Position numbers and translations under genes: made by a program. A stretch of 64,000 bases of DNA from Felis catus (Eukaryota). The DNA is taken from assembly GCF_018350175.1 (NCBI RefSeq), contig NC_058368.1, forward strand, positions 21,330,001 through 21,394,000, written 5' to 3'. How positions within the stretch are numbered: position 1 is the first letter of the stretch; the number at the start of each line of letters is the position of its first letter. The notes under the pieces are model-generated. The model was not told the origin of the DNA, ran no database searches, and saw nothing but the letters and a program-made list of their open reading frames with translations. Shown piece by piece: positions 51,051-63,644 of the stretch.

Positions 51051-51250
51051 AGGCACCTGGGTGGCTCAGTCGATTGAGCATCCGACTTTGGCTCAGGTCG
51101 TGATCTTGAGGTTTGTGAGTCTGACCCCACATTAGGCTCACTGCTGTCAACCTGTCAGTGCAGAGCCCACTTTGGATCCTCTGTCCCCCTCTTTTTGCTC
51201 CTCCCCCACTTGTGCTTTCCCCAAAATAAATAAATATTAAAAAAAAAAAG
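51051..51250 (+). mobile_element. Can-SINE
   Basis: TSD ctacagtagcta on both sides. Confidence 0.92.
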
Positions 51251-53057
51251 GAATGGGCTACAGTAGCTAGAAGAATACATATGTACACTAAGCTCTCTGG
51301 GTGGCTGGACAGAAGGCAAGAGCCCCAACTCAATAATATTCTACCATTACTGCCTTCAACTCTATTTCTGAAAATAATTTCCCATCAGCTCCCAAATTTC
51401 CAAAGACTTTGCCTTACAGGAGCATCATGGCATGAGCAAAGAAGGAAGAGATGAGTAAGCCTTCTTCTCTCCTTTCTATCCCCTTTCGGACAGGGTTTTG
51501 GAGTTCTTGACCATTAAAGTGAAAGAACAAGCTATGGGTATTTTAGCTCTTTAAATAATCCCACTGTGCTTTTTCTAAACTAAATAAGTGTAAGTATGTG
51601 TATCATATACTGTCTTATCTCATTATTTAACTGGTTCAAGAATGCCTTGTCTCAATAAATTATAAGTTCCTTGACAGTAGGAACCATGTATTCTTTCTCT
51701 CACTTGTATACCATACAACACTCAGCACAGTGTCAGAAACATAGCAAGCACTCAAGAGAAACTCATTGCACTAAATACGATTCAATGCTTTACTGTCTTA
51801 AAAAATTGTCTCTCAAGGGCATGAGAATTTGCAGTCTGACATTACAGAAGAAACTGAATAAGAATCACAGCTAAAATATCAACAGTCACTTCAAAAAAAT
51901 CAACATACTCAACTTCCTCATGTGTATAGCTGGTCTACCAGAGCAAAAACCATTCTGATACCCCATGATGTGGGCATACTAATGATAGTTCACCCCATTC
52001 CCATGTAAATACTGAGAAGCTAGCCCCCCAACAGACATGCTGGAAATGTTGATCCCATTCTAAAAATAACATTTCCTTTTCCCTTCAAGAAATAATTTTC
52101 CAGGTTAATACAAATATGCAAAGAGAATACTAAAGTGCATCAAGACTTCCCACAACTCTTGTAGATTCCTCGATGGATGTCCCAAGCTCTTCTCACTCTT
52201 GTGAGGATGGGACTAAGTTGTTACTGCCAATGATGATCTACTAAATCCTCAAAAATGCAGCAGAGTCTAAGCCTGTGATGACCACTCCCTCCTCTTGGAC
52301 CCATGGCAGGAATCATTAAATGATGGAATTCATTCCCTTGAGTCTGGACTTGGTCTCACAACCTCTCTTACCTCACATCCCAACCCAAGAAGACTCAATC
52401 AAGCAACATGAAGATTTGAGATCAAGACTTTTTCCCATATATGGGCTAAGGCCTTCTAATCTCCCATGAAGAGCTACAGTAGAGGCAAAACTCCAAATCG
52501 GGCTATGAGATAGGTTACATTTATCTTCAGGAACACCTAAAACCTCTTTACAAGAGTTATCCCATCATTTCTATCATCCCCAACCCCAACAAAGCCATCA
52601 TTCTATGATGTTTATGTTAAATCAAGCTGTCAAAGTTCCATGCTATGTGCCCACCCCTGGCCTGCTTTCCAAAAATTATATTTTCAGGACATTTTGTCTT
52701 CCAACTTCCTTCTCTGTTAACTCCTGAATGGTCTTCCTTATACTGGACTGTTTTTCCTTAGTGCCATAGATAACTGTTTAGTTAGTCTGACAAACTTACC
52801 TAAACCAATGTGCTCATTCTCCAAAGGAGCAGGGCCCTTATGGAAACATTGACCTGAATGACACTAGTGGAGAAAATTTTAGACCCAAAGTTATGGCTAG
52901 AAGACAGATTTGAGAGTCTGAGAGAGAAACTGCTCTGTCATACCACCTTGATTTTCTCTCTGCCCACCCAACAGCCCTTTACAATCAGTCACTGTCCTGG
53001 ATCTTTCTAGATCCATTTCAGCAAACCAACTTAACCACCATATAAGAACACAGCCCA

Positions 53058-53250
53058 GGGCACCCAGGTGGCTCAGTCAGTTAAGCGACTGACTCTTGAT
53101 TTCAGCTCAGGTCATGATCTTGAGGTTCATGAGATCGAGCCCCACATCAGCCTCTGCACTGACAGAGGCTTTCTCCCTCTCTCTCTTTCTTCTCCCTTTC
53201 TCCCTCTCTCTCTCTCAAAAGTAGATAAGTAAACATTTTTTAAAAAGAAG
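53058..53250 (+). mobile_element. Can-SINE (internally deleted)
   Basis: TSD agaacacagccca / agaacacagtcca. Confidence 0.9.
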
Positions 53251-54250
53251 GAGAACACAGTCCATAAAACACCTAACAATTCCCAAGGAAAGCTAAGGTA
53301 GCTTAACAAAGAAGTACCTGATTTCTGCGGACCCTTGGGCACATACTAACGGGAAGAGTTTGCTAGAACCTCCCCGCCCCTCAAAGTTTAAAATCTGCCT
53401 CTGTAAGCATTAATCTGGTACCTTCCAGAAGCTGAATAAATTAGGTACCCAATACCACTTAAGTGGCTTAATGTTTTCACCAGACGTGAATAGGCCTAGA
53501 CAACAAGGAGTGGGTGGGGATGATCATGTATTTTCATTTATTTCATGAGTCTAATTCTCTGTGGACTGGTTGTTTCTAAAGCTGCACACAAAAAAGCTTT
53601 AACTGCATGAGTAATTTTTGTTTTGTGGTACATTATTATTCACTTTCAATCATGCAACTCAAAAATGACTTACAGGATTACAAGAGGGTAGCATATAGTT
53701 TCTGATACAATCCAATGGCCCTTAAGTAAAAACATGAACACCATCAACTGCAGTTATCCTGTGCAATGGCAGAAAACCGTCAAACCCAATTATGTGAAAA
53801 TACAAGAGAGCTGCTTAGACAAGCTCCTCACCAAGCTTTTCCATTGCTTATATAAGAGAGGATGGTTAACATCAAAATTCTAATGACATTTAATCAGTTT
53901 TCTGATTATAAAACATGCTTTTCAAGTTAGTTCAACATAGCATTCTCTGTCCTAGTAGAGAGATTAAAATATTATAACAGTTATTCCTAGGAGGAAGAAG
54001 CTAGTTGCCAATCAAAATTGTACGTTCCAGGTGAAGTTGGAGAAAATTCTTAAGGCAAATTTACTAATGAAGGGTGATTTGAGAAAGCAAAATACTTGAG
54101 ACACATACGCCCATCTCCCATCATGGGTTCTGTTTTACTACATGTAATCTACTTCCTTATATACTTGTTCAGTTGAGGTTTTGGAAAACTATTAGATTAA
54201 CATTGGGCACATAATCACACACAAAAGATGATGAATAAAGGAGTGAATTC

Positions 54251-54448
54251 TTTTTTTTTTTATGTTTATTTATTTTTCAGAGAGGGAGACAGCGCAAGCT
54301 GGCGAGGGGCAGAGACAGAGGGAAACAGAAAACCTGAAGCAGGCTCCAGGTTCTGTCTAGGCTGTCAGCGGGGCTCGAACTCATGAACCACGAGATCATG
54401 ACCTGAGCCAAAGTTGGATGCTTAACCAATAAGCCACCCAGGCACCCC
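54251..54448 (-). mobile_element. Can-SINE
   Basis: TSD aggagtgaattct / aggaatgaattct. Confidence 0.93.
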
Positions 54449-55604
54449 AGGAATGAATTCTTACATAGACCAAAGAGCTCCAATAAATGTAAAAAATTTA
54501 GAGCCATAACATGAAGAACCATATCTCACTTTTTCAAAAATGTGATTACTAGTCTTCTTGTTAATTATTCTCCTTAAGGCAATTTCTCTTTTCAAAATGT
54601 TTTAAGGCATTTATTTTTCCAGCAATGAATTAAATGAGGGTTAAGTATCTGCACATCCATACCATTTACATATAGCATGTATTTTTTCCTATTTTCATAG
54701 ATTTCATAAAATGCAAAGGTTGTGTAATCCTGTCAGCATTATTAAGTCATTAGCAGACAAAGAGAAACACTCATGAGATTTGTGTCTTAGTTTATCTCAC
54801 ATTCTGCTTCATAGCCCAACCAGCTTTCATAATGAAAATTTCCTTCAGCTGGGGCCTCAAATACTTTATTTTTAAAATACAAATGATTTGACCAATATCA
54901 CTGTGGTTTAGAAATGTTTTCCTCCCTGTTGGTCTCTGCCATGATCTCCTCTGGATATAGTTCAATTAGATGCCTTCTCATTTTTTCACAAGTAGCCTGT
55001 TTTTGTAAAAGTTTGAAAAACTTTGAAAAAGAACTATAAAACGTTTTCACTGTCAATAGAAAAAAAAAAAATGGATTGCTTGAGCCAGACACAGCTCCCT
55101 GTAGAGCTAACCTTTTGATCCTGGAGTCCTTTCATGCACTTAAGTCTTCTCTAGAGTCAATGGGAGTGTTGTGTGTGCAGGGGCAGCAGGATCAAGTTCA
55201 GTCAGCTCAGTCTCTTCTTTAGTACTCTGTAGCCAAGTGGGGTAGCCAGCTGAATCTGGTTTAGCTATAAAGTTGGGGGGGAAAAAACCTTTCCTGATGC
55301 TTTGAAGTTTTTTGGGCAGTGTAATAATATCAGGATTTGTAGAAGGTTATTTTGCATAATCCTTAATAAGATATTCTTATGCCTTCAAAAAGTGAGTGGG
55401 ACAAGAAAAGCAAGAACCTCCAGTATCCATATGAAGTAATTTTTAAAGTTCTGTGTAGAAATGACCCAAAATGCGTTTCAGGAGGATGCATAATTATAGG
55501 ACTGCCCAACTGTGTCCACACAGGAATGCACCTAAAACTATTCCTGATAGATGGATTTCTACCTCCATTTCTTAAAGAAAGAGATATAATAGCCCTCACA
55601 AAAG

Positions 55605-55860
55605 TGTTCACAGAAAGTAGAATGGTGATTGCCAGGGGCTAGGGGCGGGGGGAGGAGGGAAGTGGGGAGGTCATGTCTAATGGGTACAGAGTTTCAGTTT
55701 TGCGAGATGAAAACAATTCTGAAGACTGGATGGTGGTGACGGTTGCACAACAACGTGAATGTGCTTAATGTCACTGACCTATATCCTTAAAAATAGTAAA
55801 AATGGTAAATTTTTATGTTATGTGTATTTTAATCACAATGTAAAACTTCTATGAAAAAAG
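55605..55860 (+). mobile_element. L1MB-like 3' end
   Basis: cagaaagtagaatggtgattgccaggggct...aatgggtacagagtttcagttttgc...aatggtaaatttttatgttatgtgtattt. Confidence 0.85.
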
Positions 55861-56500
55861 TAAATCTTTAAAAGTGCCTTAATACTTATGCTATTTAGAA
55901 TCAGAAAAATTAGAATTCTGCTAAATGAACAACTCCTGCATGATTTGCATTCAGTTATTCCTTTTTTTTTCCTTTAAATGAGTACAAAATACTCTGATGA
56001 ACACAAAGAAGCTTGCTGGAGGATTCTACTATTTGTAAATGGATTAAGTATCCCTGTGACTAATCCAACTATTTGAATTGAAACAGGCACTCTTTCCTTT
56101 AGAATCCTTATCACCCTAACCCCACAAACACTCACTGATGAGGACATTTTTCCAGGCAAGGTCAGAGGGCTGAGCAAGGTGACTTTGCACTGCCAAGTGG
56201 GAAAAGGGGGCTGGAGAACAAAGTACAGAGGCATGTCACAGAAGCCACAAAACTTCTCTGCTGAAAACCCATTCACTTTAATATTACCAAAAACCTGAGG
56301 TTCATTTTCTGGCATTTTGGTCAGGACATTAAGAATTTAAACTAACACCATTGGACACAACCTACTGTTTTTAAAAATAAGCATTTCATTATCACTTTGT
56401 GGAAGGGTACTAAAACTTCTATGATTTATTGGTACTGGGAATTCAGAAGGAATTTAGGCAGCAGCAACTTGAGTCTGAAAAATAAAAGTGCCTCACTGAA

Positions 56501-56617
56501 GGGGCACCTGGGTGGCTCACTTGGTTAAGTGTCAATCTCTTGATTTCAGCTCAGGTCATGATCTCACAATTCTGACAGCATGAAGCCTGCTTGGGATTCT
56601 CTTTCCCTCTCTCTCTG

Positions 56618-56665
<48 letters not shown>

Positions 56666-56692
56666 TCAAAATAAATAAATAAACTTTTTTTT
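56501..56692 (+). mobile_element. Can-SINE (internally deleted)
   Basis: TSD aaaagtgcctcactgaa / aaaagtgcctcgctaaa. Confidence 0.92.
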
Positions 56693-56766
56693 AAAAAGTG
56701 CCTCGCTAAATAAGTGATGGTCCCAACACTAAATACGAAGTTAGGAAGGACTTTCTCTCTGGTTAA

Positions 56767-56768
<2 letters not shown>

Positions 56769-56812
<44 letters not shown>
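56769..56812. repeat. (CA)n microsatellite
   Basis: Direct observation. Confidence 0.95.
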
Positions 56813-56815
<3 letters not shown>

Positions 56816-57042
56816 TTCAGAAAGCATGCTAAAGCTAAAACAAACAGAAGAAAAGTAAAAATCATTTAGTAGTTGGAAATGAAGTATGTCATTTCAATAT
56901 ACATAAATAATTAACTTATTTTTTCCCACTTTTTGGAATCCAGATATTGAACAACCTAATCTTTGTTCCAAATGACTGTTATCTTTTTAACAAATGTTCT
57001 TAAAAGTTTATTAGTGGTCCACAGACAAAAAGATACTGTGCT

Positions 57043-57266
57043 GGGGTGCCTGGATGGCTCAGTGGGTTAAGCATCCATCCTACTCTTGATTTAGGCTCAG
57101 GTCATGATTTCATGGTTCATGGGCTTGAGTCTCAGATCAGACTCTATGCTGATAAGACAGAGGCTGCTTGAGATTCTCACTCTTCCACTCTCTCTGTCCC
57201 TCTCTTGCTTGCACACCGTCTCTCTGTCAAAATAAATAAATGAACTTTTTAAAAATTTTTCTTTTT
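57043..57266 (+). mobile_element. Can-SINE
   Basis: TSD aaaagatactgtgc on both sides. Confidence 0.93.
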
Positions 57267-57529
57267 AAAAGATACTGTGCAAAGAGGTAAAATCTCCAAA
57301 TTATCTTCTTGGCTATCTGACAAATGAGAACTATGACTCCACATGTCCACTTATTAATATGCCTTACTAAAGGAAGTATTTTGTTACCTGTTTGGAGTAT
57401 ATGTTAAAATTATAAAATTAAATGGCTTCAGCAGGAGAAACATGTCTCTGGTGTTTCAAGAGATAACCACTGGACAAAGAACAGACAATGCATAAAAGAA
57501 ATATATGTTGAAGTTGCCTTAAACAGATC

Positions 57530-57900
57530 ATTGTGCATGTGAACAAAGATGCAAAAGGATATTCACTGCAGTATAATTTATAATGGTGAAAACTGGAAAG
57601 AAATAATGTCCATTAATAGGAAATTGGTTAAATAAATTACTGCTCATTCATTCATCAACAAGTGGTTGAGGGCCTACTGAGTGCCAGGCAGTATTCTACA
57701 CACAGTACACATAATGCATCCATTAAAATAATGATGTTGACCTATAGTTATTAATAATTCACAGTATTATTCATTAATATAAAATTGCATGTGTGAATTT
57801 ACTTATACATATGTTTATATATGAATATATACACATTGAGAGACATCTATAAGGATGATCACCAATGTGTTATGATATTGCCAGTCATTATCTCTGGGAC
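57530..57900 (+). mobile_element. Old L1ME-like 3' fragment
   Basis: aaggatattcactgcagtataatttataatggtgaaaactggaaa...aatgtccattaataggaaattggttaaataaatt. Confidence 0.65.
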
Positions 57901-58057
57901 TTTTTTATTGTTAACCTCTATATGAAATTTCCCCATTATCTGAAAGTAGAGCATTCCTATGAAAACTTTCATAAGTTGAAATGAAGCAAATAAACAATTA
58001 ACATTAATTTACATGGAAAAATTTTTTAGCAAATGTCTTAGGCTTATCTGACACTTT

Positions 58058-58318
58058 TTTTTTTACTTCGTTTTTATTTAAATTCTAGTTAGTTAACATA
58101 CATGGTAAAATTGGTTTCAGGTGTAGAATTTAGTGATTCATCATTTGGGGCACCTGGGTGGCTCAGTCAGTTAAGCGCCTGACTTTGGCTCAGGTCATGA
58201 TCTCACGGTTTGGGGTTTGAGCCCCGTGTCAGGCTCTGTGATGACAGCTCAGAGCCTGAAGTCTGCTTGGGATTCTGTGTCTCCCTCTCTCCCTCTGCCC
58301 CTCCTCCACTGGTGTGCA

Positions 58319-58379
<61 letters not shown>

Positions 58380-59312
58380 AAGTAAATAAATAAGCATTAA
58401 AAAAAAAAAAACCCAAGTGACCTCCTTAATGCCCATCAACCATTTGGCACATTCCCCACTCACCTCCCTCCTACCACACTCAGTTTGTTCTCTATAGTTA
58501 AGAATCTCTTATAGTTTGCTTCCCTCTATGTTTTCCTCTTCGCCTATGTTCATCTGTTTTGGTTTTTAAATTCCACATATGAGTGAAATCATATGGTATT
58601 TGTCTTTCCCCAACTTGTTTCACTTAGCATAATACACTCTAGCTCTACCCATGTTGTTGTAAATGGCAAGATTTCATTCTTTTTGATGTGATGGCTGAGT
58701 AATATTCCATTGTATAGATATACCACTTCTTCTTCATCCATTCATCAGCCGATGGACATTTGGGCTCTTTCCATAATTTGGCTGTTGTTGATAGTGCTGC
58801 TACAAACATTGGGGTGCATGTGCCCCTTCAAATCAGCACTCCTGTATCCTTTGGATAAATGGCTAGTAGTGCAATTTCTGGGTCGTATGGTAATTCTATT
58901 TTTAATTTTTTGAGGAACCTCCATACTGTTTTCCAGAGTGGATGCACCAGTTTGCATTCCCACCAAGAGTGTAAGAAGGTTCCCTTTCTCCACATCCTTG
59001 CCAACATCTGTTGTTTCCTATGCTGTTAATTTTAGCCATTCTGATAGGTGTGAGGTGGTATCTCATGGTTTTGATTTGTATTTTCCTGCTGATGAGTGAT
59101 GTTGAACATCTTTTCATGTGTCTGTTAGCCATCTGTATGTCTTCTTTGGAAAAACATCTGTTTGTATCTTCTGGCCATTTCTTATCTGGATTATTTATTT
59201 TTTAGGTGTTAAATTTGATAAATTCTTTACAGATTTTGGATATCAGACCTTTATCAGACATGTCATTTGCAAACATCTCTCATTCCATAGGCTGTCTTTT
59301 AGTTTTGTTGCT
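58058..59312 (-). mobile_element. 5'-truncated carnivore L1 (ORF2 C-terminus plus 3'UTR)
   Basis: Minus [39 protein letters not shown] gcttatctgacacttt (58042-58057) / gcttttctgatacttt (59313-59328). Confidence 0.94.
58147..58411 (+). mobile_element. SINEC_Fc inside L1
   Basis: Full SINE with long (CT)n; no clear TSD. Confidence 0.93.
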
Positions 59313-62261
59313 GCTTTTCTGATACTTTAGGACACATCTTGCGAATGGATGCACAAAATAAATCAAGATAAACACAGATGCTCACAGACACAGTTCAAAG
59401 CTATGGCAGCTTGATACCGAACTGCTCACTGTAGTTCTGGGGAGAGAGCTTGGTGGTGCCACTCTCCCTGCTTGGGGTACGCACCATCTCCATATGGCTG
59501 GCTGCAAAACAAATGCTGAACACTATTTTCACTTCTTGCCTTTTTTCCTAAAAGCGAAAATCTTTTTCAGATCTCTTTCAGCTCTTGAAAACAGGTACTA
59601 AAGTAGGTCTTTCATAAAAGCAAAGTGGCGTAAGGCAAACTTTCAAAGAGCCGGGTCTACCTATACTTTTCCATACTGTTTGACTATTTTTTACAAGGTA
59701 ACTATATCATTTTTATAATCTAAAAATATTAGGGGTATATTCATTTTGAAATGATAAAAAAGGGAACCATTGGTCCAATTTAATCATATTAATATGCAGA
59801 AGAAAATACCAGACAGCCGCAGAATTCCAGAAATCCAGCTGCAGTTCTAAGATGTAAGACACAAAAGCAGATGCTTCCCCACAAGGATGAGGTAAGTAGA
59901 GATGAAGCACAACGGTTCCATAGAACTCAAGTGCACAATGCAGCTGAATGTACTCCACGAAACTAGAAAGCAGGCCAGCAAAGTCCCCAAAGACTACAAA
60001 GCCTAAAAACTAATAACGATAAACATATCACACAGGGCTTTTATATAACTTGGATGTTATTTGTGTTGAAATACTGGCCTTTTAACAGTTTATAATGTTG
60101 CTTTTTAACTCTATATATCATTCCCTTTTCCTTTAAAAATGATTTCCCATGAACCTTCCTCATCCCTTTAATCCTACAAGATACTTTTTAGTCTGAGCAG
60201 GTGGCAAATGCATAGCTCGTTTAAAAGGCCAAAATATTCTTAGCTTTACCTAAATTCTGATCATCTCAGCCGAAGTATTAAGTGTATATCAACAGCACAA
60301 TCATAATACAAAATAATTCCTTTTCCTGCCATGAGTAGAATCAACAGGATGTGCATCGTAAAGATAGATAGAGAAACCATAGCACAGAATGATATACCAG
60401 AAGTCATGCTAGAAATTCTCTCAAGATTCTAGTGAACCTGAATATATGAATAGCTGGCCAACATGAACAAGAGAATGGAAACATACAACCAGTCAGATCT
60501 TTAAACTGTTTAGGAAAGAACATTCACAGAGCTCTCACTTAAATGCATAGAACAATTATTTAAAAGTCTGGGTTTCTAATGTGAGAAATATAGTAAGTAT
60601 TCAACTTTGAATATTTTTTAAGTTTTTGTTGTTATGTTGTTGTTTACTCTTCCTGGATTACTTTACATTTTTATGCCTTGCACTATGGGTGCATCATAAG
60701 GCACCAGCTTTCCCAAACCAGTGTAAAACTTCTGCTCCAGGTCTCCAAGGTGGAATCAAACCCCAGCAGTAAGCAAATACCTTGATTTCACAGTTTTTAC
60801 GATAAAAATTGGAAACGAAACTTGAAGACATTTGGTTGAATCAATCAGAACAAATAAAGCAAGTACTGTAGTCTGGTGTCTTTCATTAGTCCAACTTTGA
60901 GTTCTGAACAGCAATCTCCCTTGACCACATAGAAGTCTTAAGTGTGGGTGTGCACGCACTGAACTCTACCAAGACCCATAAGATGGATCAAACGTTCTAG
61001 CTTTGCTCCTTTCAAAAACTGTTCCAAGGAATCAGGATAGATAATCTGCTAGTAGATTTTCAAAAGCCAAAAAATATTCTGTATCATATGACCTTTCTGA
61101 TTAGAAAGAAGGCATATACTATTGACCAAACCCAAGCTTCCAGCTGCCACTATTAGCAAAGCTGAAGACCTGTTAAATTAACTGTTGTGAACCTAGGCCA
61201 GAAGCATCAAGCTCTCTCTGGTGTCTTGCCCTTACTTCTCCATTTGTTATACTCTTCAGATGAAAATTCCAACTTCAAGCAGTCTGCTGGTGTTCCTAGG
61301 AATAAATCAGGTTTTATAGACCTGAATATCTTATAAGAACAAAGAATATTTAGGAAGCCCTAAAAATATCAGACTGATGCATTAATTTTCTGGATGTTCA
61401 CCAGGTTAATATAAACAGGCCTGGTTACCCCTGTTGGGGAAGGGAAAGGTAAGAGTTTAGGTTTCTGGACTTTACATTGATAGTTCAAAGCTGGAGAGCG
61501 GGGTGAGAGATTGAGCACAAGTCCCTCCTCACCTGCCAAAGCATATCCTTGCTGCAGTGGCTTCTCTACGAATCTTTGGGAATGGAACATTAAAGGAAAT
61601 TACTAAAAGAGAAAGAATACACCATGTTCATTAGTCTGATGCTGCACAGTAAAAAGTTACTTTCATTTTCTTTAAAGACATTTTTGTAGAATGATGTCAT
61701 AAATAAAGTTTAAAATACAGTTTTAATATCAAAACTTCTTAAAATAGTTGAAAGAGGAAAACCCCTAAAACTGCGGTAGTATAATCACTCATCTCAACTG
61801 CTCAGAAACAAAGGGTTTACATTTGGTTTAGTGTGTTTGTGTGTCTGTGTGTGCTTTCATAACCAGCAATTAATTGAACCAATCCTTTCTTGTGGTTCTA
61901 TTACAATAATCATGTTTGAAGGAACCAAGAATATTGCATTAGCCAGTATTCAAAGTTTTAGTACTTAAAACAGAGTAAATACTGTCAAATATCTTAGGTG
62001 GTGTCTAAATGTGAACTAAATTTAAAAAAAAAAACAGAAAAATTCAGTGCAGTTGAAAGTATTGTACTAACACCATATTTAACAGAAATAACTGAGCTGT
62101 TTTCAACAATTTAAATTCTTGTGGTAATATTTACAATAACATACTGATCACTATCATGGCAATACATTTTGGGGTTTATTAATAAGGCTAGAAAAAGTCT
62201 TCCACTAAATAGTCTCTATAGTGAATACATGAATACATGAATAGACATGCATGAATAGATT

Positions 62262-63085
62262 AATAGACACTTCTCCAAAGAAGACATCCAAATGGCCAAC
62301 AGACACATGAAAAGATGTTCAATGTCACTCATCATAGGGAAATACAAATCAAAGCCACACTGAGATACCACCTGACACCAGTCAGAGTGGCTAAAATTAA
62401 CAAGTCAGGAAACACAGATGCTGATGAGGATGTGGAGAAACAGGAACCCTCTTGCACTGTTGGTGGGAATGCAAACTGGTGCAGCTGCTCTGGAAAACAG
62501 TGTGGAGGTTCCCAAAAAAATTAAAAATAGATCTACCCTATGATCCAGCAATAACACTGCTAGGAATTTACCCAAGGGATACAGGAGTGCTGACGCATAG
62601 GGGCACTTGTACCCCAATGTTTATAGCAGTGCTTTCAACAATAACCAAATTATGGAAAGAGCCTAAATGTCCATTAAATGACAAATGGATAAAGAAGATG
62701 TGGTTTATATATACAAGGGAATACTATTTGGCAATGAGAAAGAATGAAATCCTGCCATTTGCAGCAACGTGGTTGGAACTGGAAGGTTTCATGCTAAGTA
62801 AAATAAGTCAGTCAGAGAAGGACAGATATCATATGTTTTCACTCATATGTGGACCTTGAGAAACTTAACAGAAGTCCATGGAGGAGGGGAAGGGGAAAAA
62901 ATAGTTACAAACAGAGAGGAAGGGAGGCAAACCACAAGAAACTCTTAAATACAGAGAACAAACTGAGGCTGGATGGAGGAGTGGGAGAGAGGGGAAATAG
63001 GTGATGGGCATTGAGGAGGGCATGAGCACTGGGTGTTGTATGGAAGCCAATTTGACAATAAATTATATTAAAATATTTTTTAAAA
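62262..63085 (+). mobile_element. 5'-truncated felid L1 (ORF2 C-terminus plus 3'UTR)
   Basis: [22 protein letters not shown]...CTPMFIAVLSTITKLWKEPKCP; AATAAA at 63057-63062. Confidence 0.95.
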
Positions 63086-63173
63086 AAGATTATGTCTCTC
63101 TCTCCCTCTGCCCCTCTCCCCCCGTGTGTCCCGCCCCCCAATTAAATAAATAAATAACATTAAAAAATAAAAA
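63086..63173 (+). mobile_element. Can-SINE 3' half only
   Basis: aagattatgtctctctctccctctgcccctctccccc...aaataaataaataac; head absent. Confidence 0.75.
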
Positions 63174-63272
63174 GCTTAAAGGAAGGAGTGGTTTTCATGA
63201 ACACATAGAAGCTATATAGAAGCTATACTATTGAGGAAGAAAACTATTTGAGGCTTTAAAAAAAGAAAAAAA

Positions 63273-63490
63273 GGGGCGCCTGGGTGGCTCAGTCAGCTAA
63301 GCATCCAACTTCGGCTCAGGTCATGATCTCGTGGTTCATGAATTCCAGCCCCGCATCGGGCTCTGTGCCGACAGCTCAGGGCCTGGAGCCTGCTTCAGAT
63401 TCTGTGTCTTCCTCTCTCTCTGCCCCTCCCCCACTCACACTCTGTCTCTCTCTGTCTCTCAAAAATAAATAAACATTAAAAAAATTTTTT
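63273..63490 (+). mobile_element. SINEC_Fc
   Basis: Full head, body and tail. Confidence 0.95.
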
Positions 63491-63644
63491 AACTGAGAAC
63501 AAACTGAGGGTTGATGGGGGGTGGGAGGGAGGGGAGGGTGGGTGATGGATATTGAGGAGGGCACCTTTTGGGATGAGCACTGGGTGTTGTGTGGAAACCA
63601 ATTTGACAATAAATTTCATATATTAAAAAAAAATTTTTTTTTAA
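63491..63644 (+). mobile_element. Felid L1 3'-terminal stub (about 130 nt) in a SINE tail
   Basis: aactgagaacaaactgagggttgatggggggtgggagggagggg...gacaataaatttcatat; three mismatches to the 49139 stub over their shared part. Confidence 0.9.

Larger units (their letters stand above)
57923..59663 (-). mobile_element. Tigger-family (TcMar) non-autonomous DNA transposon, split by an L1
   Basis: Left arm 57923-58057 (ttccccattatctgaaagtagagcattcctatgaaa), right arm 59313-59663 (gtggcgtaaggcaaactttcaaagagccgggtctacct) with degenerate inverted ends and TA flanks; exact subfamily not assigned. Confidence 0.7.

Noticed and set aside
54898..55010. Minus-strand acceptor followed by ATCEKMRRHLIELYPEEIMAETNREENISKPQ-stop
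   Set aside because: No recognisable homology, weak acceptor and no linked upstream coding exon.
60775..60835. Minus-strand MSSSFVSNFYRKNCEIK followed by a GT donor
   Set aside because: Too short, weak donor (gtattt), no promoter context and no recognised protein.
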